NCBI GenBank assembly: GCA_024276295.1
Contig: JAJRXN010000125.1
Location: 1-29,930, forward strand
DNA from: Acidobacteriota bacterium
GTDB lineage: Bacteria > Acidobacteriota > Polarisedimenticolia > J045
DNA length: 29,930 nt
Direction of reading: 5' to 3'
The position numbers were made by a program, and so were the translations under genes. This document shows, one piece after another, positions 19,344-28,024 of this stretch; within the stretch, counting starts at the first letter, position 1, and every line of letters begins with the position of its first letter. Under the pieces are notes generated by a model, which saw nothing but the letters and a program-made list of their open reading frames with translations, was not told the DNA's origin and did no database searches.

Positions 19344-21275
19344 TCAGAGGCTCCATTCCGACCCGGCGACACGCGGGCGCAGACCGGGAAGCTGGCCGGC
19401 AAGCCAGACCAGGGCCCACCCGGCGGCGGGAACGAACCAGTGCGGCCATCCCGGCAGCAGGGTCGAAGGCATCGGATCAAGCAACGCCTGGATCGTTCCG
19501 AGGGCGAATGCTGCGGAGACGAACGCCAGCACCACGCCGAGCAGCGGCCGGCCGTCGTGGATCACGGCCAGCCCCGGCCACAGGAGCTGGGCGAACGCGC
19601 GGCCGATCGTCCGTCGCCGGATGAAACGCGTGACCCGTTTCGACTGGACCTCGCGGGCTGCGGGGGCGAGCCCGTCGAGTCCGGCGAAGAGCTGGCGGCA
19701 GGCCGAGCAGCGTTCCCACGGTTCGCCCTCGATTCCCGGGTTGCCGAAGATCGCGCCACACGTCGGGCATCGCTGATGGCCGATCCGGAACGCCGCTCTT
19801 CCGAGTGCAAGCGCCGCGAGCAGCGCGGCCAGCGCCGCCAGCGGGGCGGCGCGGAGCGCCGTCAGCTCGGCCCGCACATGGGGCCAGACGAAGCTCCTGA
19901 GCCCCGCGGCGGCGATCTCCTCGGCAGGAAGCCCCGGGTCGCCGACCTCGTCGTCGTCGAGCGCCGCGATCAGCGCCCTGTATCCCTCCGGGTCGACCCG
20001 CCGGGCCTCCGACGCGAGTTCGTCCGCGTCGCCGAACTCGAAGGCGGCGAGCCGGACGCGGGAGAGGTTGAGCCGCGGCAGGGCGCTGCGCGGATCGAGC
20101 GCCGCCGCCTCACGGTAGAGCACCCCCGCCGCCTGGTGCTTGCCCATGCGGTAGAAGATGTTGCCCAGCATCACCCGGATGCGCGCGTTGCCCGGATCGA
20201 TCGCCGCGGCGTCCCGCAGAAGCTGGACCGCCCGGTCGGGGTACTGCCGCCCGCAGAGCCGGGCGATCAGCACCGGCCAGACCGCTTCTCCGCGATGCTC
20301 GCGGGCGATCGCCGCCAGATCGGCGACGAGCCCCGGCTCGGGTCGGCCCTCGGCGGCCGCCACGGCGACTTCCATCGCGTCGTCATGGACGCGCTGCTCG
20401 AAGGTTGCCAGCCCGCGGGAAAGCGGCGAGACCACGACGAGCAGTGCCAGCCAGCCCCAGACCAGCACGCGCTCGCGCCGCCCGAGCGCGGGGACCAGGA
20501 CGACGGCCCACGCGACGAAGGCCCAGGCCCCGAGCACGACGGACGCCAGCGGCGCCAGCACGACCGCCCAACCGAACGCCACGCGCCAGGCCGGGTGCCA
20601 GCGCGGCGACAGCCGCGCTCCGATTCCCGCGGCCAGTCGCGGGCCATGGAGGAACAGCAGCGCGAGGATCACGCCGGCCCCGGTCAGCACGCACGTCAGC
20701 AGGAAGAAACGACCGGCGTGAGCTCCGAAGAGCAGCGCCGCCAGCAGGCGGTTGGCGGAAGCCTCGAGCCCCTGCCACCAGAGCCGGGCGGCACGCCGCC
20801 GCTCGCCGCGCTCCCATTCGAGGCGCGCCTCGCTCCACCACGCGGCGGCAAGCGAGGGATCGAGGGCGTGGGCCAGCCGGTACGACTCGACGGCGAAGGT
20901 CGTCCGCCCCCGCGCCGCGTGCCGGCGTCCCTCGAGCAACGCCGCCTGGGCGATGGACGGAACCCGGCCGACACCGTGCTGGGTCACGAAATCGAGCAGG
21001 TCGTCACCGGCCAGCGCCGCGCCGCCGGCATCCCCGGCCGAAGCGAGCGCCCGGCGTCGCAACCAGCGCGTCTCGGCGCCGGCGAGGATGGCGTCCGTGA
21101 CCCGGGCCTCCGGGCCGGAACGGATCTCGTCGAGCACGTCGGCGCCGCGCGCTGCCGGCATCGCGCGCTGTTCGACCGCCGTCGCCTGGGCCAGCGCCAT
21201 CCCGGCGCCGGCCAGCGACCCGAGCGCGAACAGCAGCGCCGCAGAAAGAAGGCGGCGGATCGTGCAGCGGTTCAC
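19344..21275 (-). CDS. Polytopic membrane TPR protein with CxxC-x16-CxxC motif
   Basis: Signal-peptide-like N-terminus, TPR-like repeats ([44 protein letters not shown]), several TM helices, CPTC...CSAC at 19698-19769. GTGA-coupled to DUF1844. Confidence 0.75.
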   Translation of the reverse strand: MNRCTIRRLLSAALLFALGSLAGAGMALAQATAVEQRAMPAARGADVLDEIRSGPEARVTDAILAGAETRWLRRRALASAGDAGGAALAGDDLLDFVTQHGVGRVPSIAQAALLEGRRHAARGRTTFAVESYRLAHALDPSLAAAWWSEARLEWERGERRRAARLWWQGLEASANRLLAALLFGAHAGRFFLLTCVLTGAGVILALLFLHGPRLAAGIGARLSPRWHPAWRVAFGWAVVLAPLASVVLGAWAFVAWAVVLVPALGRRERVLVWGWLALLVVVSPLSRGLATFEQRVHDDAMEVAVAAAEGRPEPGLVADLAAIAREHRGEAVWPVLIARLCGRQYPDRAVQLLRDAAAIDPGNARIRVMLGNIFYRMGKHQAAGVLYREAAALDPRSALPRLNLSRVRLAAFEFGDADELASEARRVDPEGYRALIAALDDDEVGDPGLPAEEIAAAGLRSFVWPHVRAELTALRAAPLAALAALLAALALGRAAFRIGHQRCPTCGAIFGNPGIEGEPWERCSACRQLFAGLDGLAPAAREVQSKRVTRFIRRRTIGRAFAQLLWPGLAVIHDGRPLLGVVLAFVSAAFALGTIQALLDPMPSTLLPGWPHWFVPAAGWALVWLAGQLPGLRPRVAGSEWSL

Positions 21276-21652
21276 TCCTGGCGTGCTCGATCCCGCGCGC
21301 CGACGTATTGCATCTTCAACTCGTAGAGCGACTGTTCGAGCATCCGGGACTCCTGCTCGTCGAGACGACCCGAGGTCTTCTCGCGCAGGAGTTCGAGGGT
21401 CTCGATGGCGACCCGCGCCCGGGCCAGATCGACGACCGGCTCTCCCTTCTCCGGATCCGGCACCACCCCGAGCGAGGCGAGGCCCATCAGCCAGAAGGGG
21501 CGCACCAGGTCACCGAATCCGACGGGAATCGCGCCCTCGGCGGGAGCGCGGTCGGAGTCGTCCCGTCCACGCATCACGCCTCCCCCCGCGAGCGGAATCT
21601 CACGCTCACTGCCGGCGGGCGGTTCCGGTGCGGGAGGTCTCCGTTCGGTCAT
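21272..21652 (-). CDS. DUF1844 domain protein
   Basis: F.DLV......GLASLG..PDP.......DLARARVAIETLELLREKTSGRLDEQESRMLEQSLYELKMQYV. Start ATG 21652 (or GTG 21655) with GAGAGG SD. Confidence 0.85.
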   Translation of the reverse strand: MTERRPPAPEPPAGSEREIPLAGGGVMRGRDDSDRAPAEGAIPVGFGDLVRPFWLMGLASLGVVPDPEKGEPVVDLARARVAIETLELLREKTSGRLDEQESRMLEQSLYELKMQYVGARDRARQE

Positions 21653-21761
21653 CACCGTCCTCTCTTCTCTCCGGTCGCTCGAGGCACGAGCGCTCGGCAG
21701 CCGGGTGGCGCGCGGGATATTATCGCCGCTCCCGAACCGCCTGGGGATCGTGCCCCAAGGG

Positions 21762-21790
21762 AATGTCGAGACCTCGAGGCAGCCTGTCAA
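21762..21790 (-). promoter_or_regulatory. Putative sigma70 promoter for the DUF1844 operon (TTGACA-N17-GACATT); alternative -10 GATAAT at 21724-21719
   Basis: Perfect TTGACA at 21790-21785 with 17-nt spacer, inside the divergent DUF1844/mazG gap. Confidence 0.4.
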
Positions 21791-21861
21791 CACGGCATTC
21801 GGGAGCGTCCCGCGCCCTTCGGGGCCGGCAGACCGCGGATTTTCACGGCAGGGAGCGGATC

Positions 21862-22647
21862 ATGGAGAGCATGCGGCGCCTGCTGTCGATCATGGAGCGG
21901 CTCCGGGGGCCGGAAGGCTGCCCGTGGGACCGCGAGCAGACGATGCGCTCGCTGCGTCCCTACGTGCTCGAGGAAGCGCACGAGGTCGCCGCGGCGATCG
22001 ACGAGGGGGACCCTGTCCAGCTACGCTCGGAACTCGGTGACCTGCTGCTCCAGGTCGTGTTCCTCGCGCAGCTCGCCCGCGAGCAGGGACTCTTCGGATT
22101 CGAGGACGTCGCCCGGGCGATCTCCGACAAGCTGGTGCGCCGCCATCCGCACGTCTTCGGCGACGCCCGTGCCGATTCGGTCGGCGAGGTCTGGCAGCGC
22201 TGGGAGAGCATCAAGCAGGCGGAGCGCGAGGCGGACGGCGCCGACACGTCGCGGCTCGACGGCGTCCCCCGGGCCCTGCCGGCCCTGGTCCGGGCACGTC
22301 TCCTGTCCGACAAGGCGGCCCGCGCCGGCTTCGACTGGCCCGGCCCGCGTGAGGCGCTCGAAAAGATGCGCGAGGAGGCGGCCGAACTCGAGACAGAACT
22401 CGGAAGCGGTGATGCGGCGCGCCTCGACGAGGAATTCGGCGATCTGCTGTTCGCGCTCGTCTCGGTCGGCCGGCACCTCGGCCTCGATCCCGAAGGGGCC
22501 CTGGCCCGCGCCTGCGACAAGTTCGATGCCCGGTTCCGCGACGCCGAGCGGAAGGCCCGCGCCAACGGCACGCCGCTCGAAGAACTCGGCCCGGACGATC
22601 TCGACGCCCTCTGGCGGCAGGCCAAGGAGCGGCCCGCCCAGGACTGA
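21862..22647 (+). CDS. mazG: Nucleoside triphosphate pyrophosphohydrolase MazG (tandem domain)
   Basis: LRGPEGCPWDREQT, EEAHEV, ELGDLLLQV, LVRRHPHVF, WESIK, GFDW, EEFGDLLF. GGGAG SD before ATG 21862. Confidence 0.95.
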   Translation: MESMRRLLSIMERLRGPEGCPWDREQTMRSLRPYVLEEAHEVAAAIDEGDPVQLRSELGDLLLQVVFLAQLAREQGLFGFEDVARAISDKLVRRHPHVFGDARADSVGEVWQRWESIKQAEREADGADTSRLDGVPRALPALVRARLLSDKAARAGFDWPGPREALEKMREEAAELETELGSGDAARLDEEFGDLLFALVSVGRHLGLDPEGALARACDKFDARFRDAERKARANGTPLEELGPDDLDALWRQAKERPAQD

Positions 22648-22652
22648 GCAGA

Positions 22653-23558
22653 TCAGGCCCGGGGATGATGCTCGTCGTAGAGCCTCCGCAGGCGCTCGCG
22701 GGCGACGTGCGTGTAGATCTCGGTCGTCGAGATGTCCCGATGCCCGAGGAGCTGCTGCACGGTCCGCAGGTCCGCGCCGTGAGCCACCAGGTGGGTCGCG
22801 AACGAGTGGCGGACCACGTGCGGGCTGATGCGGGACGGCTCGATCGAGGCCGCCAGGGCCAGCCGCTTGAGCCGCGCCCAGAACGCCTGCCGGCTCAGAG
22901 CCGTCCCGCCACGCCCCGGAAACAGCACGTCTCCGGCCGGGTGCAGCTCTGGCCGGCCACGCTCGAGATAGGCCGCCAGGGCCTCGAGCGCCCGGGCGCC
23001 GAGCGGGACGATCCGCTCCCGACGCCCCTTGCCGAGCACGCGTACAAGACCCCGGCGCAGGTCGAGCGCCCCGGTCGTCAGCCCGACGAGTTCCGAGACC
23101 CGAAGTCCCGTCGCGTAGAGAAGCTCGAGCATCGCCCTGTCCCGCAGGCCGCGCGGAGTCGCGGTGTCCGGAGCCTCGAGCAGGGCCTCGACTTCCCGCT
23201 CCCCAAGCACGCGTGGCAGCGCTCGACGTCGGCGCGGGGCATCGAGCCGAGCGGCCGGATCCTCGGTGATCTCGCCGCGACGCCTGAGCCAGCCCGCATA
23301 CGTCCGGATCGCCGAGAGCCTTCGAGCCCTCGTCGCCGGCGCAAGGCCGCACAGGCCGGCTTCCCGGAGCCAGTCCCTGATCGCCGCCTCCTCGAGCGCG
23401 CCGAGCCGGCCGCGCCCGTGGCGCGCGAGCCAGGCCGAGAACGCCTCGAGGTCGCGCCTGTAGGCCTCGACGGTCCGCGGGCTGAGCCCGCGCACCGCGG
23501 CAAGGTGGTCGAGAAACTCCCCGATCGACTCGCGGTCCGCCGGCCGCAGCTCAGTCAC
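22653..23558 (-). CDS. xerD: Site-specific tyrosine recombinase XerD
   Basis: GLSPRTVEAYRRDL, RDRAMLELLYATGLRVSEL, GKGRRERIVP, SPHVVRHSFATHL..GADLRTVQQLLGH..ISTTEIYTH (R-K-H-R-H-Y tetrad set). Confidence 0.92.
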   Translation of the reverse strand: MTELRPADRESIGEFLDHLAAVRGLSPRTVEAYRRDLEAFSAWLARHGRGRLGALEEAAIRDWLREAGLCGLAPATRARRLSAIRTYAGWLRRRGEITEDPAARLDAPRRRRALPRVLGEREVEALLEAPDTATPRGLRDRAMLELLYATGLRVSELVGLTTGALDLRRGLVRVLGKGRRERIVPLGARALEALAAYLERGRPELHPAGDVLFPGRGGTALSRQAFWARLKRLALAASIEPSRISPHVVRHSFATHLVAHGADLRTVQQLLGHRDISTTEIYTHVARERLRRLYDEHHPRA

Positions 23559-24027
23559 GACCGCTTCCCCGCGCCGGAGCCTGCCCCGGGCCGTCGAGCA
23601 GAAAGGTGACCGGTCCGTCGTTGACCAGGTGGACCCGCATCATCGCGCCGAAGCGACCGCGAGCCACCGGGATGCCCTCCTGCTCGAGCGTCCGCGCGAA
23701 GAACTCGTAGAGAGCGCGTGCCTGTCCGGGCTCGGCGGCGGGATCGAACGACGGGCGCCGCCCCTTGCGGGTCCGGGCCGCCAGCGTGAACTGCGAGACC
23801 ACCAGCGCCGCGCCGCCGACCTCGAGCAGCGACCGCTGCCAGGGGTCCCCGGTCTCGCCGGGAAAGAGCCGCAGCGCGGCCAGGCGTCGTGCGTACCAGC
23901 CGGCACGCCGCTCGTCGTCGCCCCGTTCGACGCCGAGCAGCACGACGACGCCCCGGCCGATGCGACCGGTCGTCTCGTCACCCACGGTGACCCGGGCCTC
24001 GCTGACCCGCTGGACGAGCACCTTCAT
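23551..24027 (-). CDS. dtd: D-aminoacyl-tRNA deacylase
   Basis: MKVLVQRVSEARV, LVVSQFTLA, KGRRPSF, GRFGAMMRVHLVNDGPVT (SQFT and Gly-cisPro motifs). Confidence 0.96.
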   Translation of the reverse strand: MKVLVQRVSEARVTVGDETTGRIGRGVVVLLGVERGDDERRAGWYARRLAALRLFPGETGDPWQRSLLEVGGAALVVSQFTLAARTRKGRRPSFDPAAEPGQARALYEFFARTLEQEGIPVARGRFGAMMRVHLVNDGPVTFLLDGPGQAPARGSGRD

Positions 24028-24032
24028 CGTCG

Positions 24033-25616
24033 TCACTCCGTCCCGCGTGACCCGGCGAGACGACGCATCAGCCTGCCGATCGCGATCCCTTCGGGCAAGC
24101 CCGAGACGAGGGTGACCGCCGCCACGACCGCCAGCCCCGCCGCGATGGCCACCGCCAGCCGAAGCGCGGTGGCCCCCCACCCCTCGCCGGCGGCCAGGAG
24201 CCCCGCGCCCCGGCCGGCGATCGCCACGGCACCGGCCATCAGCATCGAGGCGAGTCCCGCGGTCGCCAGCGCCCGTCCGCCGGCAAGGCCCCGCCAGCCG
24301 CCGACACGAACGCCGAGCGCCCACGCCGACAGGCCCGCCTGGAGCAGCGCCGCGAGGCCCGTGGCCAGGGCGAGGCCCTGCCAGCCGAGAAACGGCACGA
24401 GGATGGCGTTCAGGGCGAGCTTCGCGGCGAGCGCCCAGGCCGCGAGCCGCACCGGGGTCCACGCGTCACCGAGGGCATAGAACGTCGGGACGAACACCTT
24501 GACCAGCACGTAGCCGGGCAGTCCGATCGCATAGAGCGCCAGAACGACGGACGTCGCGGACGCCGCCTCCGGACCGAATTCGCCGTGCTGGTAGATGACG
24601 CGGACCAGCGGCCGGGCGAGGACGACGAGCGCGGTCGCGGCCGGGACGACCAGCAGCAGCCCGCTCCGGACGCTCTGGCCGAGCGCGTGTCGCAGCGCGG
24701 CGCGGTCCTGCGCTGCGACCGCGCGCGACGCCTCCGTGAGCTGGGCCGTCGCCAGGCCGACCCCGATCAGCCCGACCGGCAGCATCCACAGCCGCATCGC
24801 GAAGAAGAGCCAGGACACCGGTCCCGTGCCGTAGTGCGACGCCACCTGCGTGTCGACGATCACGTTGACGTAGGTCGCGGCAACGGCGAACGCCGACGGC
24901 GCCAGCCGGAACAGGACCCTGCGGAACGCGGGTTCCGTCCACCCGAGCATCGGCCCCGGGCCGAAACCCCAGCCTCGCAGGGTCCCGCCGAGCAGGCCGA
25001 GCTGCAGGAGCCCGCCGGCGAGCGCCCCGACCGCCAGACCGGTGACACCCGGCCAGCCGGCGCGGGCCAGCGGCGCGGCCAGCAGCCATGCGCCGGCGAG
25101 CATGCCGACGTTGAACAGCGCCGGGGCCAGCGCGGGGACGAAGAAGCGCCCGCGGACGTTGGCCATTCCCATCAGCACCGAGGTCAGGCTCACCGTGACG
25201 AGGAACGGGGCCATCAGTCGGCCGAGCAGGCCGGTCAGCGCGAGCCCGTCGCCGTCGAACCCGCCGGCGACGAACAGCGCGTAGGCCCGGGGAAAGGCGA
25301 CGATCGCCAGCGCCGTGATCCCGGCGGCGAGGAACAGTGCTCCGAGCACCGAGCGGGCCAGCGCGAAGGCCCGCTGGCGCCCCTCGCGGGCGAGCAGCTC
25401 CGAGAACACCGGGACGAACGCCGCCGCGAGCGCCCCTTCGACCAGCAGGTCACGAAACAGGTTCGGCACCCGGAACGCCGCGACGAACGCATCGGTCGCC
25501 GTACTCGGGAACAGGTGCGAGATCGTCATCTCGCGCGCCAGTCCGAGAATCCGGCTCAGCCCGACGGCAAGAGCGACGGTTCCCGCGGCGCAGGCGATGC
25601 GGAACGGGCGCTGCAT
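24033..25616 (-). CDS. murJ: Lipid II flippase MurJ (MviN)
   Basis: SRILGLAREM, DAFVAAFRVPNLFRDLLVEGALAAAFVPVF, ALAPALFN, GALAGGLLQ, LPVGLIGV, FYALGDAWTP; about 14 TM. Start re-called at ATG 25616. Confidence 0.96.
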   Translation of the reverse strand: MQRPFRIACAAGTVALAVGLSRILGLAREMTISHLFPSTATDAFVAAFRVPNLFRDLLVEGALAAAFVPVFSELLAREGRQRAFALARSVLGALFLAAGITALAIVAFPRAYALFVAGGFDGDGLALTGLLGRLMAPFLVTVSLTSVLMGMANVRGRFFVPALAPALFNVGMLAGAWLLAAPLARAGWPGVTGLAVGALAGGLLQLGLLGGTLRGWGFGPGPMLGWTEPAFRRVLFRLAPSAFAVAATYVNVIVDTQVASHYGTGPVSWLFFAMRLWMLPVGLIGVGLATAQLTEASRAVAAQDRAALRHALGQSVRSGLLLVVPAATALVVLARPLVRVIYQHGEFGPEAASATSVVLALYAIGLPGYVLVKVFVPTFYALGDAWTPVRLAAWALAAKLALNAILVPFLGWQGLALATGLAALLQAGLSAWALGVRVGGWRGLAGGRALATAGLASMLMAGAVAIAGRGAGLLAAGEGWGATALRLAVAIAAGLAVVAAVTLVSGLPEGIAIGRLMRRLAGSRGTE

Positions 25617-25692
25617 CGCGCGATTATCCCCTCTCACGGTCGAGAACCGACCGGGGCGCGCATCTTGTGCCGTGCACGTTCTCGTGCGAGCC

Positions 25693-25707
25693 TTCGCAGG
25701 CAACCGG
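25693..25707 (+). repeat. Copy 1 of intergenic motif TTYGCAGGCAACCGG (upstream of ssb)
   Basis: 14/15 identical to 26185-26199; ends 43 nt before the ssb ATG. Confidence 0.55.
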
Positions 25708-25750
25708 ATGGGCCGGGGCCGGGCGGGCCGCGGCCGGGAGGTCAGGATCG

Positions 25751-26146
25751 ATGGCATCACTCGCGAAGGTCACGCTCGTCGGCAATCTCGGCCGCGACGC
25801 GGAACTCCGGTACACCCCCAGCGGAACGCCGCTGGCCGACTTCTCGCTCGCGACCAACGAGCGCTGGACGGACAGCTCGGGACAGCAGAAGGAACACACC
25901 CAGTGGTTCCGCTGCACGCTCTGGGGCAAGCAGGCGGAGAAGATCAAGCAGTACCTGACGAAGGGCAAGATGGTCTATGTCGACGGACGCCTTCGCGTGC
26001 GGGACTACGTCACGCAGGACGGCGAGAAGCGCTACAGCCTGGACGTGCGGGTCGACACGCTCCAGCTCCTCGGCGGTCGCGGTGGCGCCGCCGAGGAACT
26101 CGGCAAGCCGGACGAGGCGATCGCGGAGGACGACATCCCGTTCTGA
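25751..26146 (+). CDS. ssb: Single-stranded DNA-binding protein
   Basis: KVTLVGNLGRDAELRYT, FSLATNERW, TQWFRC..WGKQAE, YL.KG..VYVDGRL, C-terminal DDIPF. GGAGG SD before ATG 25751. Confidence 0.97.
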   Translation: MASLAKVTLVGNLGRDAELRYTPSGTPLADFSLATNERWTDSSGQQKEHTQWFRCTLWGKQAEKIKQYLTKGKMVYVDGRLRVRDYVTQDGEKRYSLDVRVDTLQLLGGRGGAAEELGKPDEAIAEDDIPF

Positions 26147-26184
26147 GCCGGCGCCCGGTGCCGGCCGGCCACGGCGCGTTCCGG

Positions 26185-26199
26185 TTTGCAGGCAACCGG
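26185..26199 (+). repeat. Copy 2 of intergenic motif TTYGCAGGCAACCGG
   Basis: Ends 42 nt before ATG 26242; also part of hairpin CCGGTT...AACCGG (26181-26199). Confidence 0.55.
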
Positions 26200-26241
26200 C
26201 GGCAGTCGTATATCGGAAGCGGTCGATCCCCGGGGGCCGCC

Positions 26242-27084
26242 ATGAAACTCGTCCGCCTGTCGCACCTTCTCATCCTTCTCGTGGTCTTCCCGTGGGCGGG
26301 AACGGCCCCGCTCGCGTTCGAGGACGAGCAGCCGGCCTACCCTGCCGACGATGCCGTCGTGGGCCGCAACATCCACTTCTTCATCGCGGCGAGCGGCGAT
26401 CCGGTGCCCGAGGAGTACTACCGGATCGACGTCGCGCTCGACGACGAGTTCGAGGAGATCGTCGCCGTCTTCGACAGCCGGAAGAACCGGACCGGATGGG
26501 CCGTCGCGACCCCGTACGACGTGACCGACGTCCCCGAGCAGTACCGGCCGCAGTTCGAAAACGGCGTGCACCACTTCAGCCGCAAGCGGCTGGGCGACGG
26601 CATCTACTACTGGCGCGTGGCCAAGGCCCAGGGAGCCGGCGATTTCGTGGTCCTCGACCCGGTGGAGCGGTTCATCGTCGACACGGTCCCACCGGAGCCG
26701 ATTTCCGACCTCGTGCTGATGCGGGACGCGAGCGACGGCTCGCTCGTCCTGCGCTGGGCTCCGGTCATGTTCGATGCGACCGGGGAGCCCGAGCGGATCG
26801 CCGGGTTTCGCGTGTACCAGTACACGAAGGTGCTCCGGATGTACCGGCCGCTGACGCGCTACATCGTCGCCGAGAGTCTCGAGCCCGAGCTTCGCGTTCC
26901 GCTCAAGTCGGTCGAGGACAACCGCATCGTCTTCTTCCGCGTACAGGCCGTCGACGAGGTCGGCAACGAGGAAGGTCGCAGCCGTCCGAAGAAGATCGGC
27001 GAGATCGAGAAGACCCGCTCGATCAACGCGGATCAGCTCACCGATCCGGCGTATCTCAAGCGTCTCGCCGAAGAGCAGCGTTGA
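26242..27084 (+). CDS. Secreted hypothetical protein with FN3/Ig-like beta-sandwich domains
   Basis: Signal peptide MKLVRLSHLLILLVVFPWAGTAPLA; YYWRV, DTVPPEPISDL, VLRW, GFRVY, FRVQAVDEVGNE motifs typical of FN3-like folds; strong GC3 coding pattern; 280 aa. Confidence 0.75.
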   Translation: MKLVRLSHLLILLVVFPWAGTAPLAFEDEQPAYPADDAVVGRNIHFFIAASGDPVPEEYYRIDVALDDEFEEIVAVFDSRKNRTGWAVATPYDVTDVPEQYRPQFENGVHHFSRKRLGDGIYYWRVAKAQGAGDFVVLDPVERFIVDTVPPEPISDLVLMRDASDGSLVLRWAPVMFDATGEPERIAGFRVYQYTKVLRMYRPLTRYIVAESLEPELRVPLKSVEDNRIVFFRVQAVDEVGNEEGRSRPKKIGEIEKTRSINADQLTDPAYLKRLAEEQR

Positions 27085-27088
27085 CCCG

Positions 27089-27817
27089 TCAGGCGGGTGC
27101 CCCGGTCAGACGGTCGAGGGCGCGGCGGGCTTCCGCGGCGGCCGGTGACGACGGGTAGAGATCGACGATCGCCTGCCAGCGCTCCCGCGCTTCCTCGCTC
27201 CGCCCCGCCTTGTCGAGCGCCCTGGCCAGACCGGCCAGTGCCAGATCCCCGGGATACGCCTTGTCCGCTTCCTCGTCGGCAAGCCGCGTCCAGAGGTCGA
27301 TCGCCTCGTCGAGGCGATCCGCCTCCCCGTAGGCCGTAGCGAGTGCCGCCTCGACCGGCCCGCCGAGCGTCGGATCGTCGCCGAGCGCATCGCGGGCCTG
27401 CTCGAGGGCCGCGATCGCCTCTTCGACCCGACCGGCCTCGAGGGCCGTCGTGCCCTCGAGGAAGCGGACCAGCGCCCGCGTCGACCCCGACTCGGCCTCG
27501 GCGAGCCGCTCGAGCGCCCGGGCCGCACGCTCCTCCGCCGAGGAGAACGTCGGCCGGTAGGGATCGTCCGGATTCGGTGTCTCGTCGGTCACGATCGGGG
27601 CCAGCAGTGCGGCTTGGGCGCGGGCCAGCCGGTCGGCCGCGTGTTCCCGGCGACTCTCGACGAATCTCCAGGTGCCGAGCCCGATCAGCGAGACGGCGAC
27701 GACGGCGATCGCCCCGATGACCCACGGGCGGGGATTCTCCTCGAAGCGCTCGACGAGCGACCGGGTGTGCTCGACGAAGGCGTCCTGTTTCATCTGCTTG
27801 CGCTGTCGGCGATCCAT
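27089..27817 (-). CDS. YfgM-like membrane-anchored TPR protein
   Basis: N-terminal RKQMKQDAF, single TM (WVIGAIAVVAVSLIGLGTW), TPR-like helices, C-terminal YPSSPAAAEA. Confidence 0.8.
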   Translation of the reverse strand: MDRRQRKQMKQDAFVEHTRSLVERFEENPRPWVIGAIAVVAVSLIGLGTWRFVESRREHAADRLARAQAALLAPIVTDETPNPDDPYRPTFSSAEERAARALERLAEAESGSTRALVRFLEGTTALEAGRVEEAIAALEQARDALGDDPTLGGPVEAALATAYGEADRLDEAIDLWTRLADEEADKAYPGDLALAGLARALDKAGRSEEARERWQAIVDLYPSSPAAAEARRALDRLTGAPA

Positions 27818-27865
27818 CGGATTCCCCTTCCCCGGCCCGCCCCTCCCGGGGCCCCTCCGGGGGGC

Positions 27866-27942
27866 TGGCAGTCCCGGCAGGACTCGAACCTGCGACCTTC
27901 GGTTTAGGAAACCGCTGCTCTATCCGGCTGAGCTACGGGACC
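27866..27942 (-). tRNA. tRNA-Arg (anticodon CCT)
   Basis: GGTCCCG-TA-GCTC-AGCCGGATA-GAGC-A-GCGGT-TTCCTAA-ACCGA-AGGTC-GCAGG-TTCGAGT-CCTGC-CGGGACT-G-CCA; 77 nt, encoded CCA, Arg identity base A20. Confidence 0.97.
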
Positions 27943-27961
27943 CTGCGCCGGAAGACGGGAC

Positions 27962-27990
27962 ATCCTATGCCGTCCCCGCGGGGGCCTCAA
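27962..27990 (-). promoter_or_regulatory. Sigma70-type promoter of tRNA-Arg (TTGAGG-N17-TAGGAT)
   Basis: -35 at 27990-27985, 17-nt spacer, -10 at 27967-27962, 19 nt upstream of the tRNA 5' end. Confidence 0.65.
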
Positions 27991-28024
27991 GCTCCGGAGA
28001 GTGCGGCCGCGATCCGCCCCGCCG

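Noticed and set aside
17953-19449. Apparent 500-aa N-terminal extension of DnaK (1132-aa ORF)
   Set aside because: Overlaps the DUF4388 gene in another frame and is low-complexity; canonical [10 protein letters not shown] start with GGAGG SD at 17952.
25641-25684. LexA/SOS box upstream of ssb (CGAGAAC ... GTTCTCG inverted repeat)
   Set aside because: Half-sites are 30 nt apart, fitting neither GAAC-N4-GTTC nor GTTC-N7-GTTC; retained only as an unexplained 7-bp inverted repeat.
22653-27942. Integrative element or prophage defined by the tyrosine recombinase, ssb and tRNA-Arg
   Set aside because: The recombinase is XerD-type within a murJ-dtd operon; ssb has the host DDIPF tail; I found no duplicate of the tRNA 3' end and no visible composition shift.
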